A DNA stretch of 34,714 nt from an uncultured Neisseriales bacterium. Lineage in GTDB: Bacteria; Pseudomonadota; Gammaproteobacteria; Burkholderiales; Leeiaceae. Below, piece by piece: positions 1-10,614 of this stretch. Under the pieces are notes generated by a model. The model searched no databases, was not told the DNA's origin, and saw only the letters and a list, made by a program, of their open reading frames with translations. A program made the translations under genes and the position numbers. The stretch spans positions 1 through 34,714 of the forward strand of contig CBIHQA010000001.1 of assembly GCA_966211475.1 (NCBI GenBank), read 5' to 3'. Position 1 is the first letter of the stretch. Every line of letters starts with the position of its first letter.

Positions 1-8
1 CGACAGGC

Positions 9-17
9 TGTTAGAAT
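9..17 (+). promoter_or_regulatory. extended -10 promoter element (TGnTAGAAT) for the rplC cluster
   Basis: TG at 9-10, TAGAAT at 12-17, followed by a GC-rich discriminator CGCGGG; the -35 would lie outside the window. Confidence 0.6.
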
Positions 18-19
18 CG

Positions 20-54
20 CGGGCTCGCTATATTGCGAGCCCGTTTTTCGTTTT
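20..54 (+). terminator. intrinsic terminator-like hairpin, probably for the upstream transcript
   Basis: Stem CGGGCTCGC (20-28) / GCGAGCCCG (35-43) followed by TTTTTCGTTTT. Confidence 0.65.
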
Positions 55-99
55 CGGTCAATCGAAACCGAACCCTGTAAACAGACAAGGGAAATAAAC

Positions 100-744
100 A
101 TGAGCTTAGGACTTGTCGGTCGCAAGGTCGGCATGACCCGCATTTTCACTGACGACGGCGTGTCCGTCCCGGTGACCGTGCTGGACGTGTCGAACAACCG
201 CGTCGCTCAAATCAAGACCCTGGAAGCCGATGGCTACGCCGCGCTGCAAGTTGCGTTCGGTGTGCAGAAGGCCCAGCGCGTCGCCAAGCCGCTGGCTGGC
301 CATTTTGCCAAGGCTGGTATCGAAGCCGCCCACGAACTCAACGAGTTCCGCGTCGACGCTGCCGAATTGGCCAATTTCAAGCCGGGTCAGGCCATCTCCG
401 CCGAAATCTTTGCCGCGGGTCAACTGGTTGATGTGACCGGTACCAGCAAGGGTAAAGGTTTCACTGGCACCATCAAGCGCCACAACTTCGGTTCGCAGCG
501 CGCTTCGCACGGCAACTCCCGTAGCCACAACGTGCCGGGTTCCATCGGTATGGCGCAGGATCCGGGTCGCGTGTTCCCGGGTAAGCGCATGGCCGGTCAC
601 CTCGGTGACGTGAAGTGCACCGTGCAGAAGCTCGAAGTCGTGCGTGTTGACGCCGAACGTCAGCTGCTGCTGGTCAAGGGTGCGGTGCCGGGTGCCACGG
701 AAGGTCTCGTGGTGGTGCGTCCCAGTGTGAAGGCGGGTGCGTAA
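100..744 (+). CDS. rplC: 50S ribosomal protein L3
   Basis: [45 protein letters not shown]. Confidence 0.99.
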   Translation: MSLGLVGRKVGMTRIFTDDGVSVPVTVLDVSNNRVAQIKTLEADGYAALQVAFGVQKAQRVAKPLAGHFAKAGIEAAHELNEFRVDAAELANFKPGQAISAEIFAAGQLVDVTGTSKGKGFTGTIKRHNFGSQRASHGNSRSHNVPGSIGMAQDPGRVFPGKRMAGHLGDVKCTVQKLEVVRVDAERQLLLVKGAVPGATEGLVVVRPSVKAGA

Positions 745-1364
745 TGGAACTGAAAGTGATCAACGACTCGGGTGCCGTGGTCGGCACCCTTGAGGCTTCC
801 GACGCCCTGTTCGCGCGGGAGTACAACGAGGCGCTGGTGCATCAGGTGGTGAATGCTTACCTGGCCAATGCCCGTTCCGGCAACCGTGCGCAGAAGACTC
901 GCGCTCAGGTGCAAAAGTCCACCAAGAAGCCGTGGCGTCAAAAGGGTACGGGCCGTGCTCGTGCCGGTATGCCGTCCAGCCCGATCTGGCGTGGTGGTGG
1001 TCGTGCGTTCCCGAACACCCCGGAAGAGAACTTCACTCAGAAGGTGAACCGCAAGATGTATCGCGCAGCCATGGCGGCAATCCTGTCGCAGCTGGTTCGC
1101 GAAGAGCGTCTGCTGGTTGTGGATTCGCTGGCTGTCGAAGCCCCGAAGACCAAGCTGTTCGCCGGCAAGCTGAAGGCGATGGGTCTGGAAAAGACTCTGG
1201 TCGTCTCCAGCGAAATCGACGAAAACCTGTTCCTGTCCTCGCGCAATGTGCCGACGGCACTTGTGCTGGAAGTGCAGGAAGCGGATCCGGTGAGCCTGGT
1301 GCGGTTTGACAAGGTTGTGCTGACCCGCGAGGCGGTGAAGCGGTTTGAGGAGCTGCTGGCATGA
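744..1364 (+). CDS. rplD: 50S ribosomal protein L4
   Basis: [14 protein letters not shown]...WRGGG; TAATG overlap with rplC. Confidence 0.99.
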   Translation: MELKVINDSGAVVGTLEASDALFAREYNEALVHQVVNAYLANARSGNRAQKTRAQVQKSTKKPWRQKGTGRARAGMPSSPIWRGGGRAFPNTPEENFTQKVNRKMYRAAMAAILSQLVREERLLVVDSLAVEAPKTKLFAGKLKAMGLEKTLVVSSEIDENLFLSSRNVPTALVLEVQEADPVSLVRFDKVVLTREAVKRFEELLA

Positions 1365-1663
1365 ACTTCAACCAAGAACGTCTGATGCAGATCCTGCTGG
1401 CGCCGCAAGTCTCCGAAAAGAGCACGCGCGTGGCGGACAAGCACGAACAAGTGGTGTTCAAGGTGGTCGGCGACGCGACCAAGCCCGAGATCAAGGCGGC
1501 TGTCGAGCTGCTGTTCAAGGTCCAGGTCGATAGCGTCCAGGTTGCGGTGATGAAGGGCAAGCAAAAGCGCTTCGGCCGTATTGAAGGCCGCCGCAAGAAC
1601 TGGAAGAAGGCTTTCGTGAGCCTGAAGCCGGGCCAGGAAATCAACTTCGCGGCTGCGGAATAA
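1361..1663 (+). CDS. rplW: 50S ribosomal protein L23
   Basis: SEKS...[11 protein letters not shown]...WKKAFVSL; gene order. Confidence 0.99.
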   Translation: MNFNQERLMQILLAPQVSEKSTRVADKHEQVVFKVVGDATKPEIKAAVELLFKVQVDSVQVAVMKGKQKRFGRIEGRRKNWKKAFVSLKPGQEINFAAAE

Positions 1664-1674
1664 GGGGTTGAGTC

Positions 1675-2508
1675 ATGCCGATCGTTAAAGTCAAGCCGAC
1701 TACCAACGGCCGCCGCGCTGTCGTCAAGGTTGTGACGCCGGAGCTGTACAAGGGTCGTCCCTATGCCGCGCTGCTGGAAAAGCAAATCCAGAACGCTGGC
1801 CGTAACAACAATGGTCATGTGACCACCCGCCATCGTGGCGGCGGTCACAAGCAACACTACCGGATCGTCGATTTCCGTCGCGACAAGGACGGTATCCCGG
1901 CGGTGGTGGAGCGTATCGAATATGACCCGAACCGTACCGCCCACATCGCCCTGCTGTGCTACGCCGACGGCGAACGCCGTTACATCGTTGCCAACAAGGG
2001 TATGAAGGCTGGTCAGCAAGTGCTGAGCGGTTCTGAAGCCCCGATCAAGTCTGGTAATGCTCTGCCGCTGCGCAACATTCCGGTTGGTACCACGATTTGC
2101 TTGGTGGAAATGAAGCCAGGCAAGGGTGCTCAGCTGGCTCGTTCCGCCGGTACTTCGGTGCAGCTGCTGGCTCGTGAAGGCATCTATGCCCAGCTTCGCC
2201 TGCGTTCCGGCGAAATCCGCAAGGTGCACGTCGACTGCCGCGCCACGATTGGTGAAGTCGGTCACGAAGAGCACAGCCTGCGCTCCTACGGTAAGGCCGG
2301 TGCGATGCGCTGGCGCGGTATCCGCCCGACCGTCCGCGGTACCGCCATGAACCCGATCGACCACCCGCACGGTGGTGGTGAAGGTCGCACTGGCGAAGGC
2401 CGTGTTCCGGTTTCCCCGTGGGGTCAGCCGGCCAAGGGCTACCGTACTCGTCGCAACAAGCGCACCAGCAACATGATCGTGCGCCGTCGCTTCTCGAATA
2501 AGGGGTAA
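1675..2508 (+). CDS. rplB: 50S ribosomal protein L2
   Basis: [35 protein letters not shown]. Confidence 0.99.
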   Translation: MPIVKVKPTTNGRRAVVKVVTPELYKGRPYAALLEKQIQNAGRNNNGHVTTRHRGGGHKQHYRIVDFRRDKDGIPAVVERIEYDPNRTAHIALLCYADGERRYIVANKGMKAGQQVLSGSEAPIKSGNALPLRNIPVGTTICLVEMKPGKGAQLARSAGTSVQLLAREGIYAQLRLRSGEIRKVHVDCRATIGEVGHEEHSLRSYGKAGAMRWRGIRPTVRGTAMNPIDHPHGGGEGRTGEGRVPVSPWGQPAKGYRTRRNKRTSNMIVRRRFSNKG

Positions 2509-2515
2509 TTAGGTC

Positions 2516-2791
2516 ATGGCACGTTCCATCAAGAAGGGGCCGTTCGTAGACGGTCACCTCCTGAAAAAGATCGAAGCGGCGCGCTCTTCCAACGACAAGC
2601 GTCCGATCAAAACCTGGTCTCGTCGCTCGACCGTCCTGCCGGATTTCGTGGGCCTGACGATCGCCGTTCATAACGGCCGTCAGCACGTACCGGTGTTTGT
2701 CAACGAAAACATGGTTGGCCACAAGCTCGGCGAATTTGCGCTGACGCGGACCTTTAAGGGTCATGCGGCCGACAAAAAGGCGAAGCGCTAA
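2516..2791 (+). CDS. rpsS: 30S ribosomal protein S19
   Basis: [30 protein letters not shown]. Confidence 0.99.
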   Translation: MARSIKKGPFVDGHLLKKIEAARSSNDKRPIKTWSRRSTVLPDFVGLTIAVHNGRQHVPVFVNENMVGHKLGEFALTRTFKGHAADKKAKR

Positions 2792-2800
2792 GGGGCTGAC

Positions 2801-3130
2801 ATGCAAACTGCTGCTGTATTGAAGTCTGCGCGCCTGTCCGCCCAGAAAGCCCGTCTGGTGGCTGATCTGGTCCGCGGCAAGCCGGTAGACCAAGCGTTGA
2901 ACATTCTGCGTTTTAGCCCGAAAAAGGGCGCGCGCATCCTGCACAAGCTGCTCGAGTCGGCAATTGCCAACGCTGAGCACAATGATGGTGCGGATATCGA
3001 CACGCTGAAAGTGAAGACCATCTACGTGGACAAGGCTGCCTCGCTCAAGCGCTTCTCGGCGCGTGCGAAGGGCCGTGGCAACCGCATTGAAAAGCAGACT
3101 TGCCACGTCTACCTGACGGTTGGCGAATAA
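2801..3130 (+). CDS. rplV: 50S ribosomal protein L22
   Basis: [29 protein letters not shown]. Confidence 0.99.
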   Translation: MQTAAVLKSARLSAQKARLVADLVRGKPVDQALNILRFSPKKGARILHKLLESAIANAEHNDGADIDTLKVKTIYVDKAASLKRFSARAKGRGNRIEKQTCHVYLTVGE

Positions 3131-3139
3131 GGAAAAACC

Positions 3140-3844
3140 ATGGGACAGAAAATCCATCCGATCGGCTTCCGGCTGGCGGTGACCAAGAACTGGTCCTCCA
3201 AGTGGTTCGCCAACAGCAAGAACTTCCCGAAGATGCTCAACGAAGACCTCGAGGTCCGTGAGTATCTGAAGAAGAAGCTGGCTCATGCTGCCGTGTCCAA
3301 GGTCGTCATCGAGCGTCCGGCCAAGAACGCCAAGATCACCATTCACAGCGCCCGTCCGGGTGTTGTGATTGGCAAGAAGGGCGAAGACATCGAAGTCCTG
3401 CGTCGCGACCTGCAGAAGATGCTGGGTGTGCCGGTGCACGTGAACATCGAAGAGGTCCGCAAGCCGGAACTGGACGCGCAACTGATCGCCGACAACATCG
3501 CGCAACAGCTCGAAAAGCGCGTGATGTTCCGTCGTGCGATGAAGCGTGCGATGCAGAACGCGATGCGTCTGGGTGCCCAGGGCATCAAGATCATGAGCTC
3601 GGGCCGTTTGAACGGTGCAGAAATTGCCCGTACCGAATGGTACCGCGAAGGCCGTGTGCCCCTGCACACCCTGCGTGCCGACATCGACTACGCCTTGGGT
3701 GAGGCTTCTACCACCTACGGTGTGATCGGCATCAAGGTCTGGGTCTACAAGGGTGAAGGTTCGGCGACCGCCCAGGTTGCTGCACCGGCGGAACCGGAAA
3801 AGAAATCTCGCAAGTCGGGGGCTAAGAATGCTGCAGCCAACTAG
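3140..3844 (+). CDS. rpsC: 30S ribosomal protein S3
   Basis: [36 protein letters not shown]. Confidence 0.99.
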   Translation: MGQKIHPIGFRLAVTKNWSSKWFANSKNFPKMLNEDLEVREYLKKKLAHAAVSKVVIERPAKNAKITIHSARPGVVIGKKGEDIEVLRRDLQKMLGVPVHVNIEEVRKPELDAQLIADNIAQQLEKRVMFRRAMKRAMQNAMRLGAQGIKIMSSGRLNGAEIARTEWYREGRVPLHTLRADIDYALGEASTTYGVIGIKVWVYKGEGSATAQVAAPAEPEKKSRKSGAKNAAAN

Positions 3845-4244
3845 GACGAAATACCGCAAGGTACAGAAGGGCCGTAACACCGGCGTCGCCACTCGTGGCG
3901 CTTCCGTTGCATTCGGTGAATTCGGCCTGAAGGCGACCGCCCGTGGTCGCCTGACCGCGCGTCAGATCGAAGCCGCGCGTCGTGCGATGACCCGTCACAT
4001 CAAGCGGGGCGGTCGCGTGTGGATCCGTGTCTTCCCGGACAAGCCGATTTCCAAGAAGCCGGCCGAAGTTCGGATGGGTAACGGTAAGGGTAGTCCGGAG
4101 TACTGGGTCGCTGAGATCCAGCCGGGCAAGGTCCTGTATGAAATGGACGGCGTGAGCGAAGAACTCGCGCGTGAAGCGTTCCGTCTGGCGGCTGCCAAGC
4201 TGCCGTTCGCGACGACCTTCGTTGTCCGGATGGTGGGTCAGTGA
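3828..4244 (+). CDS. rplP: 50S ribosomal protein L16
   Basis: ATG at 3828 gives [11 protein letters not shown] (138 aa); RMGNGKG; overlaps the rpsC end by 17 nt. Confidence 0.98.
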   Translation: MLQPTRTKYRKVQKGRNTGVATRGASVAFGEFGLKATARGRLTARQIEAARRAMTRHIKRGGRVWIRVFPDKPISKKPAEVRMGNGKGSPEYWVAEIQPGKVLYEMDGVSEELAREAFRLAAAKLPFATTFVVRMVGQ

Positions 4245-4246
4245 TC

Positions 4247-4435
4247 ATGAAAGCCTCTGAACTGAACGAAAAGAACGTCGCCGAGCTGCAGGAAGAGCTG
4301 CTGTCGCTGCTGAAGGCCCAATTCGGCCTGCGCATGCAGCACGCCACCCAGCAACTGGCGAAGACCAGCGAACTCCGGAAGGTGCGCCGCGACATCGCGC
4401 GTGTGCGGACCGTCCTTCGTCAAAAGGCGGCCTAA
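4247..4435 (+). CDS. rpmC: 50S ribosomal protein L29
   Basis: MKASEL...FGLRMQHAT...[10 protein letters not shown]. Confidence 0.97.
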   Translation: MKASELNEKNVAELQEELLSLLKAQFGLRMQHATQQLAKTSELRKVRRDIARVRTVLRQKAA

Positions 4436-4436
4436 C

Positions 4437-4694
4437 ATGGTTGAGCAGAAAATCGTCCGTACGCTGACCGGCCGTGTGGTCAGCGACAAGATGGACAAGA
4501 CGGTAACCGTGCTGGTCGAGCGTCGCGTGAAGCATCCGCTCTACGGCAAGATCATCCGTCGCTCCAAGAAGTATCACGCGCATGACGAAAACAATGAGTT
4601 CGGTATTGGCGATACGGTCGTGATCGAAGAGAGCCGTCCGCTCTCCAAGACCAAGGCTTGGCGCGTCAAGGAACTCATCGAGAAGGCGCGTTAA
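4437..4694 (+). CDS. rpsQ: 30S ribosomal protein S17
   Basis: [29 protein letters not shown] at 4437. Confidence 0.98.
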   Translation: MVEQKIVRTLTGRVVSDKMDKTVTVLVERRVKHPLYGKIIRRSKKYHAHDENNEFGIGDTVVIEESRPLSKTKAWRVKELIEKAR

Positions 4695-4703
4695 GCGTAT
4701 CTA

Positions 4704-4732
4704 TTGCAAGCCCATTCCGATTGCAGTAGAAT
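4704..4732 (+). promoter_or_regulatory. sigma70 promoter of the spc operon
   Basis: TTGCAA (4704-4709), 17-bp spacer, TAGAAT (4727-4732). Confidence 0.8.
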
Positions 4733-4742
4733 GCCGTTTCTT

Positions 4743-4765
4743 TGCGGCGCGAGTTTCGCGCCGCA
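4743..4765 (+). other. GC-rich 5' leader hairpin
   Basis: TGCGGCGCGA-gtt-TCGCGCCGCA, 10-bp perfect inverted repeat just after the predicted TSS. Confidence 0.6.
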
Positions 4766-4781
4766 TCCCCTTTCTACGGGG

Positions 4782-4827
4782 TCCAAAACTGGCCGTTCTT
4801 GCATCCTGCAAACGGAATAAGTTGGAG
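4782..4827 (+). ncRNA. candidate cis-regulatory ribosomal leader (S8-site mimic) upstream of rplN
   Basis: TCCAAAACTGGC...TAAGTTGGA with inner stem CCGTT/AACGG; pairing covers most of the GGAG SD; resembles the two strands of 16S h21. Confidence 0.6.
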
Positions 4828-4838
4828 TGTATTTAGCC

Positions 4839-5207
4839 ATGATTCAAATGCAGACCAAGCTGGAGGTCGCTGACAACACTGGTGCGCGCACTGTGATGTG
4901 CATCAAGGTGTTGGGTGGCTCCAAGCGTCGTTATGCGACCGTTGGCGACATCATCAAGGTGTCGATCAAGGACGCGGCGCCGCGTGGCCGTGTGAAGAAG
5001 GGCGATGTGTACAACGCCGTGGTGGTTCGTACCGCCAAGGGTGTGCGTCGTCCGGACGGTTCGCTGGTGAAGTTCGACGGCAATGCTGCCGTGCTGTTGA
5101 ACAACAAGCTCGAGCCGATCGGCACCCGTATCTTCGGGCCGGTCACCCGCGAGCTGCGTACCGAGCGCTTCATGAAGATCGTGTCGCTGGCGCCGGAAGT
5201 TATCTAA
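4839..5207 (+). CDS. rplN: 50S ribosomal protein L14
   Basis: [24 protein letters not shown]; 122 aa from the ATG at 4839. Confidence 0.99.
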   Translation: MIQMQTKLEVADNTGARTVMCIKVLGGSKRRYATVGDIIKVSIKDAAPRGRVKKGDVYNAVVVRTAKGVRRPDGSLVKFDGNAAVLLNNKLEPIGTRIFGPVTRELRTERFMKIVSLAPEVI

Positions 5208-5216
5208 GAGGTCACC

Positions 5217-5534
5217 ATGCAGAAAATCCGCAAGGGCGACGAAATCGTCGTCATCACCGGCAAGGACAAGGGTAAGCGTGGCACCGTCAAGTCCGTGATC
5301 GACAGCGATTACGTGGTGGTCGAGGGTGTGAACGTTGCCAAGAAGCACGTCAAGCCGAACCCGATGAAGGGTGTGGCTGGCGGCATCGTGGCGATCGAAA
5401 AGCCGCTGCACGTCTCCAACGTGGCGTTGTTCAATCCGAACACCCAAAAGGGCGACCGTGTCGGTTTCAAGATCCTGGAAGATGGCCAGAAGGTGCGAAT
5501 CTTCAAGGCTACCGGTGAACAGGTTGGGGCGTAA
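5217..5534 (+). CDS. rplX: 50S ribosomal protein L24
   Basis: KOW motif [24 protein letters not shown]. Confidence 0.99.
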   Translation: MQKIRKGDEIVVITGKDKGKRGTVKSVIDSDYVVVEGVNVAKKHVKPNPMKGVAGGIVAIEKPLHVSNVALFNPNTQKGDRVGFKILEDGQKVRIFKATGEQVGA

Positions 5535-5536
5535 CC

Positions 5537-6076
5537 ATGGCGCGTCTGTACGAATTCTATAAAGAGACCGTCGTGCCCGAGCTGGTAAAGCAGTTCGGTT
5601 ACAAGTCGGTCATGGAAGTGCCGCGCATCGAAAAGATCACGCTGAATATGGGTGTGGGCGAAGCGGTGGCGGACAAGAAGGTGATCGAGCACGCCGTTGG
5701 CGATATGACCAAGTTGGCTGGTCAGAAGCCGGTGGTGACGAAGGCTCGCAAGTCGATCGCAGGTTTCAAGATCCGTGATGACTATCCGATCGGCTGCAAG
5801 GTGACCTTGCGTCGCGAACGGATGTACGAATTCCTGGATCGCTTGGTGACCATCGCCATGCCGCGTATTCGCGACTTCCGTGGTGTGTCGGGTAAGTCGT
5901 TTGACGGCCGTGGCAACTACAACATGGGCGTCCGCGAGCAGATCATGTTCCCGGAAATCGACTACGACAAGATCGACGCGCTGCGTGGGATGAACATCAC
6001 CATCACCACCACCGCGAAGACGGACGATGAAGCGCGCGCCCTGCTGGCCGCATTCAAGTTCCCGTTCAAGAACTGA
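5537..6076 (+). CDS. rplE: 50S ribosomal protein L5
   Basis: [25 protein letters not shown]. Confidence 0.99.
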   Translation: MARLYEFYKETVVPELVKQFGYKSVMEVPRIEKITLNMGVGEAVADKKVIEHAVGDMTKLAGQKPVVTKARKSIAGFKIRDDYPIGCKVTLRRERMYEFLDRLVTIAMPRIRDFRGVSGKSFDGRGNYNMGVREQIMFPEIDYDKIDALRGMNITITTTAKTDDEARALLAAFKFPFKN

Positions 6077-6083
6077 GGGCGTC

Positions 6084-6389
6084 ATGGCGAAACTGTCGTT
6101 GATCAACCGCGAACAGAAGCGTGAAAAGCTGGTGGCCAAGTTTGCCGCCAAGCGTGCAGCGCTAATGGACATCATCAACAATGCTGCGCTGTCGGATGAA
6201 GAGCGCTTTGCTGCACGCGTTAAGCTGCAGGCGCTGCCGCGTAATGCAAGCCCGGTTCGTCTGCACAAGCGTTGCGCACTGACCGGTCGTCCGCGTGGCG
6301 TGTTCCGCAAGTTCGGTCTGGGTCGTAACAAGATCCGCGAAATCGCGTTCCGGGGCGAAATCCCGGGCGTGGTGAAGGCTAGCTGGTAA
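6084..6389 (+). CDS. rpsN: 30S ribosomal protein S14 (101-aa non-zinc type)
   Basis: [31 protein letters not shown]; only one Cys. Confidence 0.98.
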   Translation: MAKLSLINREQKREKLVAKFAAKRAALMDIINNAALSDEERFAARVKLQALPRNASPVRLHKRCALTGRPRGVFRKFGLGRNKIREIAFRGEIPGVVKASW

Positions 6390-6403
6390 GCGAGGAAGAC
6401 AAC

Positions 6404-6802
6404 ATGAGCATGAGTGATCCGATTGCGGATATGCTGACCCGCATCCGGAATGCCCAGCAGGCCGGTAAGACCGCGGTCTCCATGCCCTCGTCCAAGGTCA
6501 AGGCGGCAATTGCTGCTGTGCTGAAGGACGAAGGCTATGTCGAGGGCTTCCATATTGCCGAAGAAGACGGCAACAAGAAGACCCTGACGGTAGACCTGAA
6601 GTATTACGCTGGCCGTCCGGTGATCGAGCGCATTGAACGCGTCTCCAAGCCCGGGCTGCGTATTTACAAGGGCCGTGAAGACATCCCGACCGTGATGAAT
6701 GGTTTGGGTGTTGCCATCGTGTCGACCTCCCGGGGCGTCATGACCGACCGCAAGGCACGTGCCCAAGGCGTCGGCGGTGAGCTGCTCTGCATCGTCGCGT
6801 AA
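6404..6802 (+). CDS. rpsH: 30S ribosomal protein S8
   Basis: [30 protein letters not shown]. Confidence 0.99.
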   Translation: MSMSDPIADMLTRIRNAQQAGKTAVSMPSSKVKAAIAAVLKDEGYVEGFHIAEEDGNKKTLTVDLKYYAGRPVIERIERVSKPGLRIYKGREDIPTVMNGLGVAIVSTSRGVMTDRKARAQGVGGELLCIVA

Positions 6803-6813
6803 GGGGGTAAAGG

Positions 6814-7347
6814 ATGTCTCGCGTTGCTAAGAATCCGGTTGCCGTGCCCAGTGGCGTAACGGCAACCATCACTGACGGCGAAATCACCGTCAAGGGCCCG
6901 ATGGGTTCGATGGCCCATGGCCTGACCGGTGCGGTGAAGGTTGAGCTGGTCGATGGCCAGATCAGCTTCAAGGCTGTCGACGAATCCCGTCATTCCCGGG
7001 CGATGTCCGGCACCCTGCGTGCCCTGGTCGCCAACATGGTGAAGGGTGTCAGTCAAGGTTTCGAGCGGAAGTTGCAACTGGTGGGCGTGGGTTATCGTGC
7101 CCAGGCTGCCGGTAGCACGCTGAACCTGACGCTCGGTTTCTCCCACCCGGTGGCCTACGCGCTTCCGGAAGGGGTGAAGGCCGAGACCCCGACGCAGACG
7201 GAAATCGTGCTGAAGGGCGCTGACAAGCAGGCCGTAGGCCAGGTTGCCGCCGAAATTCGCGCCTTCCGTCCGCCGGAGCCGTATAAGGGCAAGGGTGTTC
7301 GCTACGCCGATGAGGTCGTGGTGATCAAGGAAACCAAGAAGAAGTAA
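6814..7347 (+). CDS. rplF: 50S ribosomal protein L6
   Basis: [20 protein letters not shown]. Confidence 0.99.
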   Translation: MSRVAKNPVAVPSGVTATITDGEITVKGPMGSMAHGLTGAVKVELVDGQISFKAVDESRHSRAMSGTLRALVANMVKGVSQGFERKLQLVGVGYRAQAAGSTLNLTLGFSHPVAYALPEGVKAETPTQTEIVLKGADKQAVGQVAAEIRAFRPPEPYKGKGVRYADEVVVIKETKKK

Positions 7348-7360
7348 TTAGGATCTGGTC

Positions 7361-7714
7361 ATGGATAAGAAAGAAGCTCGTCTGCGTCGTGCGCGTAAAA
7401 CCCGCGCGCGGATTGCGCAGCTGAAGCAGGTCCGTCTGACGGTGCATCGCACGAACAGCCATATCTACGCTCAGATCATCGATGCGGACGGCTCCCGTGT
7501 GCTGGCTTCTGCGTCGACGCTGGAAAAGGAAGTGCGCGAAGCCCAGGCCAGCGGCGGTAACGTCAAGGCTGCCGAGACGGTGGGCCAGCGTATTGCCGAG
7601 AAGGCCAAGGCTGCGGGTATTTCCCAAGTGGCATTCGACCGGGCCGGTTTCCAATACCACGGCCGCGTGAAGGCGCTTGCGGATGCCGCCCGCGCCAACG
7701 GTCTTGAGTTCTGA
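7361..7714 (+). CDS. rplR: 50S ribosomal protein L18
   Basis: [23 protein letters not shown]. Confidence 0.99.
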   Translation: MDKKEARLRRARKTRARIAQLKQVRLTVHRTNSHIYAQIIDADGSRVLASASTLEKEVREAQASGGNVKAAETVGQRIAEKAKAAGISQVAFDRAGFQYHGRVKALADAARANGLEF

Positions 7715-7725
7715 TCGAGGTAATC

Positions 7726-8232
7726 ATGGCCAAAGTTGAGATGGAAGATCGCGCCGAAGGTTTGCGCGAGAAAATGGTCTCCGTAAACCGGGTAACGAAG
7801 GTCGTCAAAGGCGGTCGTATCCTCGGTTTCGCGGCGCTGACCGTGGTCGGTGACGGCGACGGTGGCATCGGCATGGGCAAGGGCAAGTCGAAGGAAGTGC
7901 CGGTTGCTGTGCAGAAGGCCATGGAAGAAGCCCGTCGCAAGATGGTGAAGATCAGCCTCAAGAACGGCTCCTTCCACCACCCGGTGATCGGTAAGCATGG
8001 CGCTACTACCGTTCTGATCCAGCCGGCTCCGGAAGGTACCGGTATCAAGGCGGGCGGTGCGATGCGTGCCGTGTTCGAAGTGATGGGCGTGCATAACGTG
8101 TCGGCCAAGTGCCAAGGCTCCACCAACCCGTATAACGTGGTTCGTGCGACGATCAACGGCCTGCTGGCGATGTACACCCCGTCGGATGTTGCTGCCAAGC
8201 GCGGCAAGACCGTCGAAGAGATCCTGGGGTAA
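7726..8232 (+). CDS. rpsE: 30S ribosomal protein S5
   Basis: [30 protein letters not shown]. Confidence 0.99.
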   Translation: MAKVEMEDRAEGLREKMVSVNRVTKVVKGGRILGFAALTVVGDGDGGIGMGKGKSKEVPVAVQKAMEEARRKMVKISLKNGSFHHPVIGKHGATTVLIQPAPEGTGIKAGGAMRAVFEVMGVHNVSAKCQGSTNPYNVVRATINGLLAMYTPSDVAAKRGKTVEEILG

Positions 8233-8236
8233 GACC

Positions 8237-8422
8237 ATGTCGGACAAGAAGACGATCAAGGTGACCTTGGTGAAGAGCGTGATCGGTCGCCTGGAGTCCC
8301 ACCGCGCCTGCGTGCGTGGCCTGGGCCTGCGCAAGATCGGTCACACCGTGGACGTGCTGGATACTCCGGCCAACCGCGGCATGATCAACAAGGTCAGCTA
8401 TCTGCTGAAGTACGAGGGCTAA
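8237..8422 (+). CDS. rpmD: 50S ribosomal protein L30
   Basis: [29 protein letters not shown] at 8237. Confidence 0.98.
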   Translation: MSDKKTIKVTLVKSVIGRLESHRACVRGLGLRKIGHTVDVLDTPANRGMINKVSYLLKYEG

Positions 8423-8423
8423 C

Positions 8424-8858
8424 ATGTTTCTGAACACGATCAAGCCCGCCGAAGGCAGCACGCACGCCAAGCGTCGCGTCGGCCGCGGCATCGGTAGCGG
8501 TCTGGGTAAGACCAGCGGCCGTGGTCACAAGGGTCAGAAGTCCCGCGCGGGTGGTTTCCACAAGGTGGGTTTCGAAGGCGGTCAAATGCCGCTGCAACGT
8601 CGCCTGCCGAAGCGTGGCTTCAAGTCGCTGACGGCTCGTGATGTGGCGGAAGTTCGCCTGTCCGAGTTGGCCGTGTTGCCGGTGACGGAAGTGGACGTGC
8701 TGGTTCTGAAGCAGGCCGGCATCGTTTCGCCGCGCGCCAAGACGGCGAAGCTGGTGCTGTCGGGAAGCGTGGACCGCGCCTACAAACTGACCGGGATCCT
8801 GGCAACCAAGGGTGCGCGTGAAGCCATCCAGGCTGCTGGCGGTTCGTTCGCTGAATAA
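8424..8858 (+). CDS. rplO: 50S ribosomal protein L15
   Basis: [21 protein letters not shown]. Confidence 0.99.
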   Translation: MFLNTIKPAEGSTHAKRRVGRGIGSGLGKTSGRGHKGQKSRAGGFHKVGFEGGQMPLQRRLPKRGFKSLTARDVAEVRLSELAVLPVTEVDVLVLKQAGIVSPRAKTAKLVLSGSVDRAYKLTGILATKGAREAIQAAGGSFAE

Positions 8859-8863
8859 GGCCC

Positions 8864-10174
8864 ATGTCGAGCGCTAACCCGTTGATGGCTGCTGCCAATA
8901 AGTTCGCGGACTTGAAGCGGCGGCTGATGTTCCTGTTGGGTGCGCTGATCGTTTATCGGGTCGGTGCGCACATTCCGGTGCCCGGGGTGAACCCGGACGC
9001 GCTCGCCAAGCTGTTCGAAGGACAGCGTGGCGGGTTGCTGGACATGTTCAACATGTTCTCCGGTGGCGCGCTGTCACGGTTTACGGTCTTTGCGCTGGGG
9101 ATCACGCCGTATATTTCTGCGTCGATCGTCTTCCAGCTCGCGGCCGAGATCGTGCCTCAGCTGAAGGAACTGAAGAAGGAAGGCGAGAGCGGACGTCGCA
9201 AGATCACTCAGTACACGCGTTACGCGACGCTGGTATTGGGGGCGTTCCAGAGCTTCGGTATTGCAGTCATGCTGCACAAGCAACCCGGCCTCGTGCTGGT
9301 GTCGCAGCCGGAGTTCTATTTCACGACGGTTGTGTCGCTGGTCACCGGGACGATGTTCCTGATGTGGCTGGGTGAACAGATTACCGAACGGGGTCTGGGT
9401 AACGGTATCTCGGTGTTGATCACCGCGGGTATCGTGTCTGGTCTGCCGGCGGCAGTCGGTCACCTGATGCAGCTGGCTGCCACCGATCAGCGCTGGATTC
9501 TCGGCACGTTTGTGCTGTTGATCGCTGCGTTGGCTGTGATTGCTTTCGTGGTCTTCGTGGAACGTGGTCAGCGCAAGCTGGTGGTCAACTATCAGCGGCG
9601 CCAGGTCGGCAACCGCATCATGGGTGGTCAGACGACGCACATGCCGCTGAAGCTGAACATGGCCGGTGTGATTCCGCCTATCTTCGCCTCGAGCATCATT
9701 CTGTTCCCGGCGACGATTGCCAACCTGTTCGGTGCGGACGAGCGCTTTTATTGGCTGAAGGATCTGTCGGCGGCCCTGGTTCCCGGGCAGCCGTTGCACA
9801 TGATTCTGTACGCCGTGGCGATCATCTTCTTCTGCTATTTCTATACGGCGTTGGTGTTCAACCCGAAGGAAACGGCTGACAACCTGAAGAAGAGCGGCGC
9901 GGTGCTTCCGGGGGTTCGCCCTGGTGAGCAGACAGGTCGTTACGTCGAAGGCGTGATCCTTCGCCTGACGCTGGTCGGCGCGCTGTACATCACCGCAGTG
10001 TGTCTGCTGCCGGAGGTGTTGATCAGCCAGTTCAGTGTGCCGTTCTACTTCGGTGGAACATCGCTGCTGATCATCGTGGTCGTGTCGATGGACTTCATGG
10101 CCCAGGTGCAGGCACACGTGATGAGCCAGCAGTACGAAAGTCTGCTGAAGAAGGCGAACTTCAAGGGCGCCTGA
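8864..10174 (+). CDS. secY: preprotein translocase subunit SecY
   Basis: About 10 hydrophobic segments; [26 protein letters not shown]. Confidence 0.99.
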   Translation: MSSANPLMAAANKFADLKRRLMFLLGALIVYRVGAHIPVPGVNPDALAKLFEGQRGGLLDMFNMFSGGALSRFTVFALGITPYISASIVFQLAAEIVPQLKELKKEGESGRRKITQYTRYATLVLGAFQSFGIAVMLHKQPGLVLVSQPEFYFTTVVSLVTGTMFLMWLGEQITERGLGNGISVLITAGIVSGLPAAVGHLMQLAATDQRWILGTFVLLIAALAVIAFVVFVERGQRKLVVNYQRRQVGNRIMGGQTTHMPLKLNMAGVIPPIFASSIILFPATIANLFGADERFYWLKDLSAALVPGQPLHMILYAVAIIFFCYFYTALVFNPKETADNLKKSGAVLPGVRPGEQTGRYVEGVILRLTLVGALYITAVCLLPEVLISQFSVPFYFGGTSLLIIVVVSMDFMAQVQAHVMSQQYESLLKKANFKGA

Positions 10175-10200
10175 GAAACCGGGCGACGGGTTGGCGAGGC

Positions 10201-10419
10201 ATGGCGAAAGAAGAAACGATTCAGATGCAGGGGGAGGTTGTCGAGAACCTTCCGAATGCGACGTTCCGGGTGAAGCTCGAAAACGGACACGTCATCCTGG
10301 GTCTGATCTCCGGCAAGATGCGGATGCACTACATCAAGATCCTGCCGGGGGACAAGGTAACGGTGGAATTGACGCCGTACGATCTGACCAAGGGACGGAT
10401 CATTTTCCGGGCGAAGTGA
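10201..10419 (+). CDS. infA: translation initiation factor IF-1
   Basis: [13 protein letters not shown]...LPNATF...[13 protein letters not shown]; 72 aa from the ATG at 10201. Confidence 0.98.
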   Translation: MAKEETIQMQGEVVENLPNATFRVKLENGHVILGLISGKMRMHYIKILPGDKVTVELTPYDLTKGRIIFRAK

Positions 10420-10445
10420 CAAGGTTAAGAAGGTAGGTATACATC

Positions 10446-10559
10446 ATGCGTGTTCAGGCTTCTGTGAAGAAAATCTGCCGCAAGTGCAAGGTGATTCGCC
10501 GCAATCGCGTCGTGCGCATTATCTGCAGCGATCCCCGGCACAAGCAGCGTCAAGGTTAA
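10446..10559 (+). CDS. rpmJ: 50S ribosomal protein L36 (zinc-ribbon type)
   Basis: Not in the ORF track; hand translation [37 protein letters not shown] (37 aa). Confidence 0.98.
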   Translation: MRVQASVKKICRKCKVIRRNRVVRIICSDPRHKQRQG

Positions 10560-10560
10560 A

Positions 10561-10590
10561 TTGACCTTGTCAAGCTGGTTTGACTATAAT
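10561..10590 (+). promoter_or_regulatory. sigma70 promoter of the alpha operon
   Basis: TTGACC (10561-10566), 18-bp spacer, TATAAT (10585-10590). Confidence 0.8.
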
Positions 10591-10614
10591 CTCTGATTTT
10601 TCGTGGGGTGATTC

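Noticed and set aside
1..99. Loss of rpsJ
   Set aside because: The window starts only 99 nt before rplC, so rpsJ is probably just upstream; loss cannot be claimed
10000..10419. N-terminal extensions in the ORF track for infA (also rplP, rpsQ, rpsN, rpmD, the MBL, the oxidoreductase, rhlE and the XRE gene)
   Set aside because: Internal ATGs give family-typical lengths, usually with an SD; the extensions overlap neighbours or promoters
10175..10559. infA between secY and rpmJ as an unusual arrangement
   Set aside because: Differs from E. coli but is normal for Betaproteobacteria and many other bacteria
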